This document shows positions 9,791-18,248 of a DNA stretch of 64,000 nucleotides, one piece after another. Location of the stretch: positions 64,001 to 128,000 of the forward strand of contig CANJVR010000005.1 in assembly GCA_947478395.1 (NCBI GenBank), in the 5' to 3' direction. The stretch's first letter is position 1, and every line of letters begins with the position of its first letter. The stretch comes from Opitutia bacterium. GTDB taxonomy: Bacteria; Verrucomicrobiota; Verrucomicrobiia; Opitutales; Opitutaceae. The notes under the pieces were generated by a model. That model was not told where the DNA came from, did no database searches, and saw only the letters and a list, made by a program, of their open reading frames with translations. The position numbers were made by a program, and so were the translations under genes.

Positions 9791-12490
9791 TCAATCGAGC
9801 GTATAGGCCTGCTCCGGCTCGTGGTCGGTTTCCACGTTGGCCGTGAGCGTCACCAAACTCTTCAACGAACTGAAATGCTGGCTCAGATCGAAATCCCCGC
9901 CAAGGCCGCCGATCAGCTTGTCGAACAAATCCTTCTTCGACGCCTTCAACGCCTGGATCCGTTCCTCGATCGTGCCGGCGGTGACCATGCGGTAGACGAA
10001 CACCGTGTTCGTCTGGCCGATGCGATGCACGCGGTCCACGGCCTGGGCCTCAACCGCCGGATTCCACCACGGATCGAGCAGGAAAACGTAATCCGCCGCG
10101 TGCAATGTGATTCCCGTGCCCGCGGCCTTGAGCGACACCAACATCGCCGCGGCGCCGGACGCCGTCTGAAATCCATGCACCGGTTTCTGGCGATCGAGCG
10201 TCATCCCGGTCAGTTCATAACGCGGCAAGTCGGGAAAATGCGTCGCAAGCGCCGTGCGCACACGCTCGAGCAACATCACGAATTGCGAGAAGATCACGAC
10301 CTTGTGCCCGCTACCGACGATTTCCGCGAGTTTCTCCACGAGGAGGTTGATCTTGCCCGAGTCGGAAAGCGGCGATTTGAGCCACGGCAACATGTCGGGA
10401 TCGCAACACGTCTGGCGCAACCGCGTGAGCAACGCGAGAAAGCCAAATGATTTTTCCCGCATCGCCGAGCCCACGTCGTCACCGAGGCGTTCCAAGCCCT
10501 CCGTACAGATGCGAGCGTACTCCGCGCGTTGGACGTCCGTGAGCGGACACACGAGGTCGATCTCCACTTTTTGCGGCAGCTCCGTCGCCACTTCCTTTTT
10601 CGTCCGACGCAGGAGAAACGGCGCCAGCTGCGCGCGCAATCGCGTGAGCGTGCCTTCGCGATCCGTGATCAACGCCGCCTCGAACGCCGCCCGGGAGCCC
10701 AGCAAGCCGGGCAGCAAAAAGCGAAAGATACTCCAGAGATCGAGCTGACGATTCTCGAGCGGGGTTCCGGTCAGCACGATGCGATGCCGTGCCCGAACCG
10801 CGAAACAGGTCTGCGTGATTTTTGCGTCCGGGTTCTTGATGAACTGGCCCTCGTCCAACACAGCGTAACCGAACTCGACGCCTTCCAGCATTGCGCGGTG
10901 TTTGCGCAACTGCGTGTAACTCGCGAGCCAGATTGCCGGCGCCGAATGGGTCGTAAAATCGTGACCGGTCTTCAGGACTTGCACCACAAGCGCCGGGAAA
11001 AACTTGGCCATCTCCTCGCGCCAAACCGGCACCACGCTCGCCGGGCAAACGATCACGTTGGACTTGTCCAACACGGGCCGCGAGGCGAGGAGCGAAAGGA
11101 CCTGGAGGGTTTTGCCGAGGCCCATCTCGTCGGCAAGCAGCCCGTGACAGCCCACATCGCAGAGATGATGCATCCACTCCACGCCTCGGCGTTGATAGGG
11201 CCGAAGCAATTCCGGCAGCGTGGGCGTCGCCTCGGTCGGCGCCAGCACGCGCTGCCGCCACGCTTCCATCTCGGGCGAAAGGGTGACCTTTAGTTTCGCA
11301 TCGTTGAAAAGCGAAAATACGAGGTACGGCGAAAGTGTCCCGCTCGCCGCCGCCCGGGGGCCTTGCGTTTCTTCGACGTTTTTTTGCCACGCGCTGAACG
11401 AATCCCAGCGGTCCGCCGGTAAAGAGACGATGCCCAGGTTTGGCAAAATCACCGGTTGTCCGCCGCGTTTGAGCAACGTGTTCACCTCGCTGTCGGTGAG
11501 CAGGCGTTCGCCGGCGCGGAAAATCCAGCGCAGGTTCAGCGCCGTGTGGCCCGCAGCGTCGGCGCCGCCCTCGGGCGTCCCGCCGGCCCGCTCGGCTACG
11601 GCCTCGATTTCGATCGCACGTGTGCCTTTGATGAGATTCGCCGCCTTCTCGTCGAGTTCGACGCCGAACATCCGGCGCCACGCGGGGAGCGTCGTCCTTA
11701 GAAAATTTGGAATCTCCACGAGAGACTCCATCAGATAAGCCCCGTTGTCCTGATTATAGTGGAAGTGCGCTTTCCGCGCATAGGCCGCGAGCCCGATCAA
11801 CTTCGCGCGCTCGCCGGACGAGATGTGACCGTTGTTATTCGCATGCGCGTCCGGCCCGAGTGCGGCGTGGCGCGTCTTGCGATCCGCCTCCAGCCAAAAG
11901 GCCTGAAACGCAAGTCCGGCGACCTTGGTTTTGAAAACCAGCAACAGCGGTCGGGCCGTTGCGCTCAAGCGTGAAGCCGGGCTTACGCCGCCATTGACGC
12001 GCGCCATGCCATGGCCCGAAGGCTGCGTCGCAGCCGCAGCAGGCGGATGCGCACGCGGCGTCATCGCACCGGGACGGCTCGATTCAAAGCTATGGTTATG
12101 GGCATTACCATGGCCCGGAGCCGCACCCGAAGGCCGGGGGGCGTCGTCGGGCAACGGGGAAATTTCATCGGCCACCAACTCCTCGATCTCGTGCAGCCCA
12201 GCGACCGCGAGTGCATGGGCCACCTCAATATCCGTCGACGACGAGCGAACCGAAAAGCCTTCGGCGTCCCATGCGATGACGGCGTACTCGTCCTTTTTTT
12301 CCACGCGCCGATGGACGATGGCGTCACGTTCGGTCAGCTCCAGCTCGCGAACCTGACCGTCGCGATAGATCTGCCGGCCAACTTCCAACTGGGTGGAGGT
12401 GAAGCGTCCCGCCCAGTCCTGCTCGAGCTTTCCAAACCAGAACTCGAGCGAATGGGGGGTATAGACGCGCTTCGGACCGTGAGACTGCAT
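9791..12490 (-). CDS. SNF2-family DNA-dependent ATPase/helicase
   Basis: LADEMGLGKT, LDEGQFIKN, LTGTPLEN, SLKAAGTGITL, DPWWNPAVEAQAVDRVHRIGQ; start taken at MQSHGPK. Confidence 0.93.
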   Translation of the reverse strand: MQSHGPKRVYTPHSLEFWFGKLEQDWAGRFTSTQLEVGRQIYRDGQVRELELTERDAIVHRRVEKKDEYAVIAWDAEGFSVRSSSTDIEVAHALAVAGLHEIEELVADEISPLPDDAPRPSGAAPGHGNAHNHSFESSRPGAMTPRAHPPAAAATQPSGHGMARVNGGVSPASRLSATARPLLLVFKTKVAGLAFQAFWLEADRKTRHAALGPDAHANNNGHISSGERAKLIGLAAYARKAHFHYNQDNGAYLMESLVEIPNFLRTTLPAWRRMFGVELDEKAANLIKGTRAIEIEAVAERAGGTPEGGADAAGHTALNLRWIFRAGERLLTDSEVNTLLKRGGQPVILPNLGIVSLPADRWDSFSAWQKNVEETQGPRAAASGTLSPYLVFSLFNDAKLKVTLSPEMEAWRQRVLAPTEATPTLPELLRPYQRRGVEWMHHLCDVGCHGLLADEMGLGKTLQVLSLLASRPVLDKSNVIVCPASVVPVWREEMAKFFPALVVQVLKTGHDFTTHSAPAIWLASYTQLRKHRAMLEGVEFGYAVLDEGQFIKNPDAKITQTCFAVRARHRIVLTGTPLENRQLDLWSIFRFLLPGLLGSRAAFEAALITDREGTLTRLRAQLAPFLLRRTKKEVATELPQKVEIDLVCPLTDVQRAEYARICTEGLERLGDDVGSAMREKSFGFLALLTRLRQTCCDPDMLPWLKSPLSDSGKINLLVEKLAEIVGSGHKVVIFSQFVMLLERVRTALATHFPDLPRYELTGMTLDRQKPVHGFQTASGAAAMLVSLKAAGTGITLHAADYVFLLDPWWNPAVEAQAVDRVHRIGQTNTVFVYRMVTAGTIEERIQALKASKKDLFDKLIGGLGGDFDLSQHFSSLKSLVTLTANVETDHEPEQAYTLD

Positions 12491-12577
12491 TCGCGAAAAA
12501 AAACGACCGTAGAAAGCGCCGGTTGTAGCGCAACCCCGAATTACGCCGAAACGGCGCCGGTGCAGCGTTTGTCCGAA

Positions 12578-12622
12578 TTGTAACAGAGCCGCCACGCAAC
12601 CGACACGGAAAGGGGTTAGTTA
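12578..12622 (+). promoter_or_regulatory. Triple Pho box plus candidate -10 for the glycolipid operon
   Basis: TTGTAAC (12578), CCGCCAC (12589), CCGACAC (12600) at 11-bp periodicity, then 10 bp, then TAGTTA; same geometry as the pst promoter. Confidence 0.7.
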
Positions 12623-12666
12623 TTCACAATCCTAAATCCCGCGACCCCGACGCTCATCGACCTTTC

Positions 12667-13851
12667 GTGAAAATCGCCCTCGTCACTGAAACCTTCCCAC
12701 CGGAAATCAATGGCGTGGCGATGACGTTCGGCGTGATCGCGCGCGAGCTCGGCCGGCGCGGCCATCAGCTCACGGTCTACCGGCCCCGCCGCAACGACCT
12801 GCCGGCGCCCGATGCTCAAACCGGCTATCGCGTCGTGCCCCTGCCCGGCCTGCCCATCCCGGGTTATGCGCTGCTCCGACTGGGATTACCCGCCGGCGGC
12901 ACCCTGCGCCGCAACTGGCGGGCCGACCGCCCCGACCTCGTGCACGTCGCCACCGAAGGCCCGCTCGGCGCTTCCGCCGTCACCGCGGCCCGCGCCCTCG
13001 GCTTGCCCGTCACCTCAAGTTTCCACACCAACTTTCACGCCTACACCCGGCACTATGGCGTCGGCCCGCTCCAAAGCGTAGCTCTCGCCTGGCTGCGCCA
13101 CGTTCACAATCGCACGCGCCGGACTTTTGCGCCGACGACCGAACTCTGCACCGAACTGGCCGCACTTGGTTTTCGCGATCTGGCCGTGCTCTCGCGCGGC
13201 GTGGACACGACGCAATTTCGTCCGGACCGGCGCTCCGCCGAACTCCGCGCATCGTGGGGCGTCGCGCCGGATGAGCCGGTGGTCATTCACGCGGGGCGAA
13301 TGGCGGCCGAGAAAAATTATCCGCTGCTGCTTCGCGCCTTTGCCGCCATGCGCGCAGTCGAGCCGCGTTTGCGCTTCGTCCTGATCGGCGACGGTCCGTT
13401 GCGACCGTCGCTGCAGCGCCAGTTCCCCGCGGGTATCTTCACCGGCTTCATCCCGCGCGACGATCTCGCCCGGCACTACGCCTCGGCCGACATCTACATT
13501 CATGCGAGCCTCACCGAGACGTTTGGCAACGTCCTCACCGAGGCCATGGCCAGCGGGCTGGCGGTGGCGGGTTTCGACTACGCCGCCGCGCGGCAATTTA
13601 TTCGATCCGGCGAAAATGGCTTGAGCGTGCCCACGGATCAGCCCGAGGCGTTCATCGCCGCCGGTGTACGTCTGGCCACGGACGCGGCCTTGCGTCAGAG
13701 CCTCCGCACGCAAGCCCGGCTGACCGTCGAGCCGCAGTCGTGGGAAACCGTCATCAGTGATTTCGAAGCGAATCTCGCAGCCGTCGTTGCCGAACATGCA
13801 ACTCCGCCTGCGGCGCTCGGGCGTGTTCCCGCGCCGACGTTCAACGCGTAA
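12667..13851 (+). CDS. GT4 glycosyltransferase (Agt/SqdX-like glycolipid synthase)
   Basis: MKIALVTETFPPEINGVAMT, VHVATEGPLG, SSFHTNF, GRMAAEKN, ETFGNVLTEAMASG. Confidence 0.88.
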   Translation: MKIALVTETFPPEINGVAMTFGVIARELGRRGHQLTVYRPRRNDLPAPDAQTGYRVVPLPGLPIPGYALLRLGLPAGGTLRRNWRADRPDLVHVATEGPLGASAVTAARALGLPVTSSFHTNFHAYTRHYGVGPLQSVALAWLRHVHNRTRRTFAPTTELCTELAALGFRDLAVLSRGVDTTQFRPDRRSAELRASWGVAPDEPVVIHAGRMAAEKNYPLLLRAFAAMRAVEPRLRFVLIGDGPLRPSLQRQFPAGIFTGFIPRDDLARHYASADIYIHASLTETFGNVLTEAMASGLAVAGFDYAAARQFIRSGENGLSVPTDQPEAFIAAGVRLATDAALRQSLRTQARLTVEPQSWETVISDFEANLAAVVAEHATPPAALGRVPAPTFNA

Positions 13852-13867
13852 ATCTTCCCATCGACCC

Positions 13868-15304
13868 ATGTCTATCCCGGCCGAAACCTTGAGCGCCCAG
13901 CCTTCCACCTCGGACGTCCAGCGCCCGACCACCAAGCGCCCGCTTCAACTGCTCATTCTCACGGCCGGTTACGGCGAAGGTCATAACGCCGCCGCGCGTG
14001 CGATCGCCGAAGCGTGCGTTGCCAAACACGGTGCCGGTTCGGCCCGTGTGATCGATATCTTTGCGTTGTCCGCCCCGCGCCTGAATGCGGTCAGCCGCCG
14101 CGCCTATCTCGCCACGATCAACGGCGCGCCGAAAATCTGGAGCCGCCTCTACGCGTGGATCGACCGTTCGAACATCGTGCCGCGGTGCATGTGGATGCTT
14201 GGTCGCGAGCGTCGCTTGCTGGCCAAAATCATCGCCGAAGAGACTCCGGTCGCGTTGTGCAGCACGTATCCCGTTTACGCGTTTCTCATCGCGCGGCTCG
14301 CGCACGACGGCCACTCGCTGCCGCCGCACTACAACGTCGTCACCGACTCCATCAGCATCAACTCGCTGTGGTGGCGCGCGGGAGCGGCCGGCTGGTTTCT
14401 GCCGAATGAAGATTCCGCGGCAGTCCTCCGCTGCGCCGGCGTGGAGCGCGACCGATTGCACGTCAGCGGTTTTCCGGTGCCGGCTTTTTTCGGCCACAAC
14501 GCCGCCCACCTCTTTCCCCCCGACCTCACCCCGGCAACATGTCACTTAATAGGTGACATGTTGCCGGATGGGGGCCGAGTGCCCCCAACGCCCGCCGAAG
14601 CCCTGGCGAAGGCGAGCCCCCGTATTCTTTACATCATCAACTCTGGCACCCACCACGCCGGAGAAACCGCGCGCCGGCTCCTCGCCGAGTCCGATTGGGA
14701 AATCACCATTGCGGTCGGTCGCGATGAAGCCCTGCGCCAAAAACTGACCACGCTCGCCGCCGGGCGAGCACGTCCCGCCCATATTCTCGGTTGGTCCGAT
14801 CAGATCCCTCATCTGCTTATGACGCACCACGCCGTCATCAGCAAAGCCGGCGGCGCCACCACGCAAGAGGCCATCGCTGCGCGCTGCCCGATGATCGTCA
14901 ACCAAGTCGTGCCCGGTCAGGAAGAGGGGAACTACGAGCTGCTCCGCCGCCACCACGCCGGTGCGCTCGCCGAAACTCCCGATGCCGTGATGACCACGCT
15001 GCGCGGTGCCTTTGCCGACGGCGGCGCCGGCTGGCACCGCTGGCGTACCGCCCTCTCAACTCTCGTCCGGAACGACGCCGCCAGCGTAATCGTCAGCCAG
15101 ATTCTCTCCGCAACCAAAGGTGCAGCTGGCGCCGTCAACTCGCTTCCCCACCGCGACCCGCCGTCAGCCACATGTCACCTATTAAGTGACATTCCCGCCT
15201 CTTTCCCTGCAACGGTCGAAGCCGCTCCGGCTTCTATGGGGATGAGTACGGCTGCCCATGCACTCCCGCGTTCCTCCGTCGGCGGCGCTTCTTCCCTCGC
15301 ATGA
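13868..15304 (+). CDS. GT28 MGDG synthase/UgtP-like diacylglycerol glycosyltransferase with repeat-derived insertions
   Basis: TAGYGEGHNAAA, VVTD, SGFPV, ISKAGGATTQEA, VPGQEEGN. Confidence 0.88.
   Translation: MSIPAETLSAQPSTSDVQRPTTKRPLQLLILTAGYGEGHNAAARAIAEACVAKHGAGSARVIDIFALSAPRLNAVSRRAYLATINGAPKIWSRLYAWIDRSNIVPRCMWMLGRERRLLAKIIAEETPVALCSTYPVYAFLIARLAHDGHSLPPHYNVVTDSISINSLWWRAGAAGWFLPNEDSAAVLRCAGVERDRLHVSGFPVPAFFGHNAAHLFPPDLTPATCHLIGDMLPDGGRVPPTPAEALAKASPRILYIINSGTHHAGETARRLLAESDWEITIAVGRDEALRQKLTTLAAGRARPAHILGWSDQIPHLLMTHHAVISKAGGATTQEAIAARCPMIVNQVVPGQEEGNYELLRRHHAGALAETPDAVMTTLRGAFADGGAGWHRWRTALSTLVRNDAASVIVSQILSATKGAAGAVNSLPHRDPPSATCHLLSDIPASFPATVEAAPASMGMSTAAHALPRSSVGGASSLA
14531..14617. 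repeat. In-frame cluster of three hairpins inside the GT28 gene
   Basis: Perfect 15-bp inverted repeat CCGGCAACATGTCAC-N7-GTGACATGTTGCCGG (14531-14567), TGGGGGC/GCCCCCA (14569-14587) and CCGCCGAAGCCCTGGCGAAGGCG. Confidence 0.75.
15172..15192. repeat. Second copy of the TGTCAC-N7-GTGACA palindrome, opposite orientation
   Basis: ATGTCACCTATTAAGTGACAT is the exact reverse complement of the 21-nt core at 14539-14559. Confidence 0.8.
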
Positions 15305-16245
15305 AAACTCGTTTCATTTTTAACCCGCACTCCGGTCGGCACGCCCGCAACGCGCGTCTCCTGCCCCTCCTGCGCGATTTCATCGTCCGCCGCGGGCTCG
15401 ATGCCGACCTCATCGCCACCGAAGGTCCAGGTCACGCCACCGCCCTTGCGCGCGACGCGGTCAACAACGGCTGCGAGCGCGTCGTGGCCGTCGGAGGCGA
15501 CGGCACGATGAACGAAGTGGCGCAAGCGCTCCTCTACACGCCTGCCGCCTTGGGCCTCATTCCTTGTGGTTCCGGCAACGGGCTGGCGCTCCATCTCGGG
15601 CTTCCGCTCACGCCCCTCGACGCGCTCGAACTCGTGACCGCCGCCGGCAGTCGCGTCGCCGCCGTTGATACCGGCTCGGTGAACGGCATGCCTTTTTTCA
15701 ACGCCATGGGCTTCGGCCTCGATGCCGAAGTGAGCCGCCGTTTCAACCACCTCACGAAACGCGGCCTGCCCGCGTATGCGCGCACCGCATTCGCCGCATT
15801 TGCGCAACGAAAGAGCGAACTCTGCACGATCCGCACCGCGGGCCATCAGGAAAAAATCGAGGCGATGCTCATCGCCGTCGCCAATTCGGACCAATACGGC
15901 AACCGCGCCTTCATCGCGCCGGGCGCCCGCGTGGACGACGGCCAGCTCGACCTGATCGCGATTCGCCCCGTGGGACTGTTTGGGGCCGCGGTATTGGGGG
16001 CCCATCTTTTTCTCGGATCGATCGATCGCAGTCCGAAAATCCGCCGGCTGCGCGGCGCGAAGTTTGTGATCGAGCGCGCCGCCCCCGGCCTCGTCCATAC
16101 CGACGGCGAAACGCATCCGACCAGCGCGAGGGTCGAAGTGCTCGTCCATCCCCGCAGCCTCCGCGTGGTCCTGCCCGCGACCTCACGCGCCATCGCGTTT
16201 AGCGACGACCTCACCCCCGCCGGATTCGCCCTTCAGCTACCCTAA
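15301..16245 (+). CDS. Diacylglycerol kinase family lipid kinase (YegS/DagK type)
   Basis: FNPHSG, VGGDGTMNEV, IPCGSGNGLA, DDGQLD, HTDGE; ATGA overlap with GT28. Confidence 0.9.
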   Translation: MKTRFIFNPHSGRHARNARLLPLLRDFIVRRGLDADLIATEGPGHATALARDAVNNGCERVVAVGGDGTMNEVAQALLYTPAALGLIPCGSGNGLALHLGLPLTPLDALELVTAAGSRVAAVDTGSVNGMPFFNAMGFGLDAEVSRRFNHLTKRGLPAYARTAFAAFAQRKSELCTIRTAGHQEKIEAMLIAVANSDQYGNRAFIAPGARVDDGQLDLIAIRPVGLFGAAVLGAHLFLGSIDRSPKIRRLRGAKFVIERAAPGLVHTDGETHPTSARVEVLVHPRSLRVVLPATSRAIAFSDDLTPAGFALQLP

Positions 16246-16270
16246 GCCCGTAGATCCAGTTTATCCTACC

Positions 16271-17089
16271 ATGAAAAAACTTCGCGTGCGTACCGTGATT
16301 TTGTCCGACATTCATCTCGGCACCGCCGAGAGCAAGGCGGCCGAGGTGAATCATTTCCTGCGCAATGTGCGCTGCGAAAAACTTATCCTCAACGGCGACA
16401 TCATCGACGGCTGGGCACTCCAGCGCGGCGGTAGCTGGACAAAAGCACACACACGTTTCATCCGGATCGTGCTAAAAAAACTCGAGAAGCGCGACACGCA
16501 GGTCGTCTACCTGCGGGGCAATCACGACGACATCCTCGCGCAATTTCTGCCGCTCGATTTTGAAAACCTCACCGTCGTCGAGGATCACATCCACGAAACC
16601 GCGCACGGGCGCTATCTCGTGCTCCACGGCGATGTCTTCGACACGGTCACCAAAAATTTCGTCTGGCTCGCCCATCTCGGCGATTGGGGCTACCGCGCGC
16701 TCCTCAAACTGAATCGCGCCTATAACGCCTGGCGCGCTTGGCGCGGTCTCGAATACTGGTCCCTCAGCAAAGCGATCAAGGCGCGCGTCAAATCCGCGGT
16801 CAGTCACGTCTCAAATTTTGAGGAGCACATCGCCGAACTCGCGCGTTCCCGCGACTGCGTCGGCGTCATGTGCGGCCACATTCACACCGCCGCCGACAAG
16901 CAACTCGGCACGATCCGTTACCTGAATTCCGGCGACTGGGTCGAATCGCTCACCGCGCTCGTCGAGCACTGGGACGGCCGCCTCGAACTCATTAACTACA
17001 CGGATTTCATTCGTGAATTTCCGCTGCCGAGCGAAGAACCGGCGAGCGAGGAGCCAGCCGACACGGAGCTCGCCGGGGTCATCGCCTAG
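16271..17089 (+). CDS. PlcP-like metallophosphoesterase (family usually annotated UDP-2,3-diacylglucosamine hydrolase)
   Basis: SDIHLG, NGDIIDGW, GNHD, HGDVFD, YWSLS, CGHIH, YLNSGDWVESLTALVE. Confidence 0.82.
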   Translation: MKKLRVRTVILSDIHLGTAESKAAEVNHFLRNVRCEKLILNGDIIDGWALQRGGSWTKAHTRFIRIVLKKLEKRDTQVVYLRGNHDDILAQFLPLDFENLTVVEDHIHETAHGRYLVLHGDVFDTVTKNFVWLAHLGDWGYRALLKLNRAYNAWRAWRGLEYWSLSKAIKARVKSAVSHVSNFEEHIAELARSRDCVGVMCGHIHTAADKQLGTIRYLNSGDWVESLTALVEHWDGRLELINYTDFIREFPLPSEEPASEEPADTELAGVIA

Positions 17090-17227
17090 AGCGGTGTAAC
17101 CCAAAGCGTAGCCGCTAGCAGGCGTAGCGGCAGGCGTCCTTGCCTGCGGAAACGACGACGCCAAGCCGGCAGGCAGGGACGCCTGCCGCTACCCCTAAAC
17201 GGCCACGGACAAACGAAGCCCGCCCTA
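17087..17227. mobile_element. MITE-like repeat with internal GTAG REP doublet, copy 1
   Basis: Starts TAGAGCGG (TAG is the stop of the upstream gene), ends CCGCCCTA; internal GTAGCGGCAGGCGTCC...GGACGCCTGCCGCTAC at 17124-17192. Confidence 0.7.
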
Positions 17228-17444
17228 AATCGTGGTTCGAACGGCGGGCAGGGTGCGGCCACCCCGTCTAAAAAATACCGATCGCTCGGCGCCCGACCCC
17301 GCTGTCTCCGCGCAACGCTCGCGCGTTCCGCAGCGTGGCTGGAATTGCCCGCTTATTTTAATTTGCGACCGCCCGTCGTCGGATCCTTGCTCCGGCCATG
17401 CGACGTAGCCGGATTCATTTCGATCCACGGGGACGTTTGTCGCC

Positions 17445-18113
17445 ATGATCGGCCAGCTGCCGCGCTGGGTTTGGACCACCGCGTGGACGCTCTCTTTCCT
17501 CGCTGGGATGGTAAACGTGGTCGGCCTGCTGGGCTTCGAACGCCAGGCCATCACCCATCTCACCGGCACCACCTCCATGTTGGGCGCGGCGATCGCAGCG
17601 TGGGATTGGACCACAGCCTGGCATCTGGTGATGGTCGTCGGCTCGTTCGTTTTGGGTACAGCCGTCAGCGCCTTTATCATCAAGGATTCCACTTTGAAAC
17701 TCGGCCGGCCCTATGGCGTAGCACTCTTCCTTGAGTCGGTGCTCCTCGCGCTCGCGGTGCCTTTGCTGCAGCGGCAAAATCTGTCGGGCTTCTATTTGGC
17801 CTCGTGTGCTTGCGGTCTGCAAAACGCGATGACCACGACCTACAGTGGCTCCGTGGTTCGCACGACGCACGTCTCCGGCATGTTTACTGATCTCGGCATC
17901 TTCCTCGGACATACGTTGCGAGGCGTGCCAGTCGACCGGCGTCGCCTGCGGCTGTGCGGCATTATCATCTCTGGCTTCCTCGTCGGCGGCATTGCCGGCG
18001 CAGCGGGGTTTCATAGTTTCGGATACGCGACGCTTTTCGTGCCGTCCGCCGTGACCGGTACAGCGGCGATTGTCTATTCGCTCGTCCAGGCGCGGAGCCC
18101 ACGCGCGCCCTAA
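17445..18113 (+). CDS. YoaK/DUF1275 family membrane protein
   Basis: AGMVNVVG, THLTGTTS, CGLQNA, VRTTHVSGMFTDLG. Confidence 0.9.
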   Translation: MIGQLPRWVWTTAWTLSFLAGMVNVVGLLGFERQAITHLTGTTSMLGAAIAAWDWTTAWHLVMVVGSFVLGTAVSAFIIKDSTLKLGRPYGVALFLESVLLALAVPLLQRQNLSGFYLASCACGLQNAMTTTYSGSVVRTTHVSGMFTDLGIFLGHTLRGVPVDRRRLRLCGIIISGFLVGGIAGAAGFHSFGYATLFVPSAVTGTAAIVYSLVQARSPRAP

Positions 18114-18248
18114 AGCGGCTTAATTTTTTACGTGGCCGTTGTGGGTAGCAGCCGGCGTCCGCGCCTGCCGAAACGACGACGCCAAGCCGGCAGGCAGGGA
18201 CGCCTGCCGCTACGTTGTCAGCGGCTACGCTCTTGGTTACGCCCCGAA
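18111..18248. mobile_element. MITE-like repeat, copy 2 (reverse orientation)
   Basis: Starts TAAAGCGG (TAA is the yoaK stop); REP doublet at 18145-18213; 44 nt identical to copy 1. Confidence 0.7.

Noticed and set aside
9791..12490. SNF2 helicase as part of an anti-phage system
   Set aside because: No neighbouring methylase, nuclease or other defence genes; the context is housekeeping.
14540..14558. TGTCAC-N7-GTGACA as an internal PhoB or CRP site
   Set aside because: Pho boxes are direct repeats and CRP sites are TGTGA-N6-TCACA; the long perfect arms and recurrence fit a repeat element better.
16271..17089. Calling this gene lpxH because waaA is nearby
   Set aside because: Its motifs and operon context match the PlcP-like subgroup, and waaA is convergent and separated by yoaK.
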